A DNA stretch of 64,000 nt from Promethearchaeia archaeon (lineage in GTDB: Archaea > Asgardarchaeota > Lokiarchaeia > Sigyniarchaeales > SOKP01), in NCBI GenBank assembly GCA_029856045.1, contig JAHQWG010000028.1, positions 288,001 through 352,000 on the forward strand. The letters are read 5' to 3'. This document shows, in pieces, positions 60,310 through 64,000 of the stretch. Below the pieces are notes generated by a model. That model was not told the origin of the DNA. It did no database searches and was given only the letters and a program-made list of their open reading frames with translations. Made by a program: the position numbers and the translations under genes. Each line of letters starts with the position of its first letter. Positions within the stretch are counted from its first letter, which is position 1.

Positions 60310-61593
60310 GTGAAAAAGATGTCAAATAAAACAAAATCTGATTTTTCATTTTCAGAAATAGAAAATAAATTAAAATCTAAACCCTTATTCACGCTTATAT
60401 TTGTCGCAGTATTAATGACTTTATTTTTCATCCAAGCTTTAAAGGCATATTTAACAGGATTATATATGGGCATGTATTATGCAGTATTTTCAGGGCAACC
60501 AGAATATTATCCCATCCTTCTTACCCTAATTTTTTTCTTTTTACCAGCCTTGACCAATACAATTGGCAAGAAGATTGAAAAAAGTCGTTTTATGATTTTT
60601 TCTATATATGTCATTACTATCATTAGATTATTAATGGCATTTCATCTACCATTTATATGGGAGGTTATCTGTTCGGGACTAATAATCACATTTTACGGCT
60701 TTTTTATGAGCACATTCCTTACGCTTTGGTCAGAAGAAGCTGATAATATTGAACTAAACCATAAAGTAGTAATAATTACATTTTCTATCTTTTGTGCTTT
60801 TCTAATTGATTATTTGATTAGAACAATTGGTTTTTCCCAAGATATTTCATTATTACCACCGGGTTTAATCGCAGATTATTGGTACATAACGCAATATATC
60901 TGGTTATTTATTCAAATTCCCTTAAGCTTTTTTTGTATCTATTTTATGAGATTGCATTTTCCAAGATTTTCTACAAAACCTAAAGAAGAAATAGAAAAAA
61001 AAGATAATTTCAGCACTCTTTATTCCCTAATCTTTATAGGCTTAGGAATGTTCTTGTTTCTCTTAATTAATCTCTTTCTTTATCCCAACTCAATTGCCCA
61101 ATATACTGCAACTAGTTATTCTTTTAACAATATTTTAAATATAGTTGCACTAATGATTGCGATTTGTATAATACTATTTGTAAACGTAGATTTAATTTCA
61201 AATATAAAAATAATAGGTATTCTGAATGGTTTTATGATTTTGTCTCTGTGTCTATTCCTATTTCTTGGAAAAATTTTAACCTATATTGCAAGTATCCTTA
61301 TTTCAATTTCTCTCGTAATCATGTATTTAAATTTCTATTTATTATTGTTCCGATTATTAAAAATAAATTTCAAATGGGAGAAATTAAAAACAATTTCTAA
61401 TTCTATAACAATTGGACTCGCCTTTTTAGTTTTATTTATTTTTTTGCATGCCTTTGCAGATGAATGGGCATATACATTTAAATTTTTAAAAGATCTAGGG
61501 CCATTCATATTACTGCTAGCAGGAATTATTTTTTCTATTTCAACTTGGTTTTCAATTATATTCAAATCAAAAAAGGAGGAGGTAATTAGATGA
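60310..61593 (+). CDS. polytopic membrane protein (partner of downstream EEP; Cwh43/PGAP2IP TM-like)
   Basis: About 12 hydrophobic segments; ATGA overlap with the next gene. Confidence 0.7.
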   Translation: MKKMSNKTKSDFSFSEIENKLKSKPLFTLIFVAVLMTLFFIQALKAYLTGLYMGMYYAVFSGQPEYYPILLTLIFFFLPALTNTIGKKIEKSRFMIFSIYVITIIRLLMAFHLPFIWEVICSGLIITFYGFFMSTFLTLWSEEADNIELNHKVVIITFSIFCAFLIDYLIRTIGFSQDISLLPPGLIADYWYITQYIWLFIQIPLSFFCIYFMRLHFPRFSTKPKEEIEKKDNFSTLYSLIFIGLGMFLFLLINLFLYPNSIAQYTATSYSFNNILNIVALMIAICIILFVNVDLISNIKIIGILNGFMILSLCLFLFLGKILTYIASILISISLVIMYLNFYLLLFRLLKINFKWEKLKTISNSITIGLAFLVLFIFLHAFADEWAYTFKFLKDLGPFILLLAGIIFSISTWFSIIFKSKKEEVIR

Positions 61594-62417
61594 GGAAAAA
61601 TCATAGAATTATTCTTATATTTTTATTTTTCATTCCACTGATATTTTCAATTATAATGTTTGGAGTTAGCGAAACACCTGTAGAAAGTTCAACAAAAAAT
61701 GAATTTACGTTTATGACATATAACATTCATTTTGGACAAGGTGAAGATAATTTACTAAATTTTGAACGGTTAGCACAGAACATTTTAGTCGCAGAGCCCG
61801 ATTTCATTGGACTTCAAGAAGTAGAAAATGGTAGAATGACAACTCAAGGGGTAGATATGACATTTTGGTTAGCTAAAAGATTAAATATGTATTACTATTA
61901 TTACCCTGCAGAAAGTGAACATTCGTTTGGTTGCGCACTCCTAAGTAAATATCCTATAATATTTAAAATGGGCGAACAGATACCCAGCAATTCTATGAGA
62001 AGGGTTTATATCCATTGCGTGGTTGAAGTAAATAATACACTCCAATTTGATGTATTTGTAACACATCTTGGGATTAGAGCAGAGAATTTAACAAGACAAG
62101 TAAATTTTCTCGTCGAAAATATCCAGGAAGTTTTTATTTCTTCTACAAAACCAAAAATTTTAATGGGAGACTTTAATCTACGTGAGAATTGGACTCATCC
62201 AGAAGAATCAATACTTTATCCAATTCATTACTATTTTAACAATACCGCTGAAGCAGTTCCTATTGAACAACGAGCAAGAATAGATCATATTTACGCCTCG
62301 GGTTATCAAGAGATTCTTGATTACAATATACATAGCGATATGCTCCCCGGAGTTGATACTCCCGCTGAATTTGGTTCTGACCATTTACCTACCGTAGCAA
62401 CTTTAACTTTTCCTTAA
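61590..62417 (+). CDS. endonuclease/exonuclease/phosphatase (EEP) family protein with N-terminal membrane anchor
   Basis: TYNIH, GLQE, LLSKYPI, VTHL, MGDFN, IDHI, SDH. Confidence 0.9.
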   Translation: MRKNHRIILIFLFFIPLIFSIIMFGVSETPVESSTKNEFTFMTYNIHFGQGEDNLLNFERLAQNILVAEPDFIGLQEVENGRMTTQGVDMTFWLAKRLNMYYYYYPAESEHSFGCALLSKYPIIFKMGEQIPSNSMRRVYIHCVVEVNNTLQFDVFVTHLGIRAENLTRQVNFLVENIQEVFISSTKPKILMGDFNLRENWTHPEESILYPIHYYFNNTAEAVPIEQRARIDHIYASGYQEILDYNIHSDMLPGVDTPAEFGSDHLPTVATLTFP

Positions 62418-62431
62418 AAAGGAATAAAAAT

Positions 62432-63856
62432 ATGGCATTTAAAGATGAGAGAAGATTATTAGGGGAACATCTTACATCTACAGAAATCTTTGAGGAATTG
62501 ATTTTTCCTGAAATAAAAAATGATCTATATAATTTTTTATGGATTGATCTTTATGCTGGAGAGGGAAATCTGATTTTTCCAATATTAAATCATCTTCGTA
62601 AAGAGGAAAGAATTGATTTTTTTAAAGATCATATATTTTTATCAGATATTCAGGAAAAAATGGTTCATAAGTGCATTGAAACTGCTAAAAATTATGGTAT
62701 TGAAGAAAATATTGCTCAACAAAACATTAAATTACATGATAATTTAAAGAATATCCCAGTATTTTTAAAAAAAAATAAATATCCTGTTTATCATATTACG
62801 AATCCCCCTTATTTATATATAGGATATATCCGAAAGCATAAAGAAACACAAAAATATGTATCCTATTTCGATAATAAAAATAAGGGGTATCAGGATTTAT
62901 ATCAAATTGCTATGGTGAATGATCTAAGGAATAGACTTGCAAATTTAATATATATTATTCCATCAAATTTTTTATTTGGTGCTTCAGTATCCAATAAGAT
63001 TAGAGAAGATTTCCTAAAAAATTACTATATTAAAAGAGTTATTATCTTCGAAAAACAAATCTTCGAGTTTACTGGAACAAATATATGCTTATGTTTTTTT
63101 AGAAGAAAGCAGATACCATCAATTGAAATTCAAGAATTTAATGGAATAAAAGTTAAAAAAGAAAACCAGATCTTAGAAAAAATTTATACTTTAAAACCTA
63201 AATTTAAATATAGAGCTGGCTCAGAATTTGAAGAATTTCTCAAAAATCATCGAGCTAATAATCCTCCACACATTAAATATTATTTATTAATGGATGAAGT
63301 ATCAAAAAACAACGGAATTAATAAAATTGACGTAATTGATGCAAATAATTATCAAAATAATGAATATAAAAAATTAACGCTTGAAGTTAATGAAGGATTA
63401 GAAAACAGAATCAAATCGAATATATTATTTGTTCGAACAGTGGATACAGGCTCAGATGAGGGAAGAGTAGGGATTAATATAATTAAAAATGAATTTAATG
63501 TTGATGGGATTCTTGTTTCAGGTAATACATATAGGACACATCCAATTCAAATTTTTTTCGTATCTCAAATCTCAGTAGAAAATCAGAAATTGCTAAAGAA
63601 TTATTTTAATCTCTTATTGGAACACTTTCGGGAAAAACTTGATAGTGAATTTCTGACAACATATAAATATTCAAATGCAAAATATACTAGAAAGTATTTA
63701 GGACTTACATATGTGAAGAGATTAATTGAAACATATCCATATTTAGATTTTAATAAGGAGCAGAATGAAACTCTAAAAAATTTGATTCTCAATAATGATG
63801 TTGGGGGAATTTTGAATTTATTAGAGAATCATAAGAAGCATTATTTAACTAAATAA
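62432..63856 (+). CDS. N6-adenine DNA methyltransferase (gamma-type motif order)
   Basis: DLYAGEG, TNPPY, DLY, IIPSNFL, F..T. Confidence 0.82.
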   Translation: MAFKDERRLLGEHLTSTEIFEELIFPEIKNDLYNFLWIDLYAGEGNLIFPILNHLRKEERIDFFKDHIFLSDIQEKMVHKCIETAKNYGIEENIAQQNIKLHDNLKNIPVFLKKNKYPVYHITNPPYLYIGYIRKHKETQKYVSYFDNKNKGYQDLYQIAMVNDLRNRLANLIYIIPSNFLFGASVSNKIREDFLKNYYIKRVIIFEKQIFEFTGTNICLCFFRRKQIPSIEIQEFNGIKVKKENQILEKIYTLKPKFKYRAGSEFEEFLKNHRANNPPHIKYYLLMDEVSKNNGINKIDVIDANNYQNNEYKKLTLEVNEGLENRIKSNILFVRTVDTGSDEGRVGINIIKNEFNVDGILVSGNTYRTHPIQIFFVSQISVENQKLLKNYFNLLLEHFREKLDSEFLTTYKYSNAKYTRKYLGLTYVKRLIETYPYLDFNKEQNETLKNLILNNDVGGILNLLENHKKHYLTK

Positions 63857-63859
63857 GTT

Positions 63860-64000
63860 TTATTTATCATAAATTTTGTTTAATTCTTTTAGAAATGGCA
63901 GGAATTCTTTTGGTTGTCCAAATACAGGAATTTTCTTTCCTCTTAGCATTTTAATAATATCATTTCTAAGTTCAGGATAATCAACGCGTTGAATAATAAC
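63860..64000 (-). CDS. C-terminal fragment of a gene continuing beyond the window (function not assignable)
   Basis: Open frame VIIQRVDYPELRNDIIKMLRGKKIPVFGQPKEFLPFLKELNKIYDK*. Confidence 0.6.
   Translation of the reverse strand, partial: VIIQRVDYPELRNDIIKMLRGKKIPVFGQPKEFLPFLKELNKIYDK

Noticed and set aside
1-64000. Prophage, integrative element, rRNA or tRNA genes
   Set aside because: No integrase, capsid, terminase or transposase motifs and no extended GC-rich structured RNA segment recognised by eye; a tRNAscan/Infernal run would be needed to exclude small RNAs

Overview
AT-rich, gene-dense archaeal chromosome segment, very probably from an Asgard archaeon (Lokiarchaeia/Promethearchaeota-like). 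The assignment rests on six Ras-superfamily GTPase genes (Arf-like, Rab-like, Rag-like), several longin/roadblock-type domains, a tailless archaeal histone, a TAT-less reductive dehalogenase and many TTG starts. Content also includes metabolic genes (GMP synthase B, GH3 glycosidase, 2-hydroxyacyl-CoA dehydratase pair, glycerate kinase, LsrF/rhamnulokinase/class II aldolase sugar cluster), three toxin-antitoxin pairs, two orphan DNA methyltransferases and several pseudogene remnants. The most notable region is a signalling island (about 16.5-32.6 kb) that mixes two-component parts with eukaryote-like GTPase-regulatory parts. It holds a folliculin-like longin/uDENN protein fused to a His-less DHp, two RHH-DHp-REC regulators lacking a kinase domain, and a tandem pair of Rag-type GTPases, one carrying a winged-helix domain. 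A recurring palindrome (consensus TTTGTTATAACAAA) occurs in promoters of this island and of two small ORFs that share an identical 24-bp promoter, suggesting a regulon. No rRNA, tRNA, CRISPR array or transposase was recognised. All domain calls are from motif recognition by eye, not database searches.
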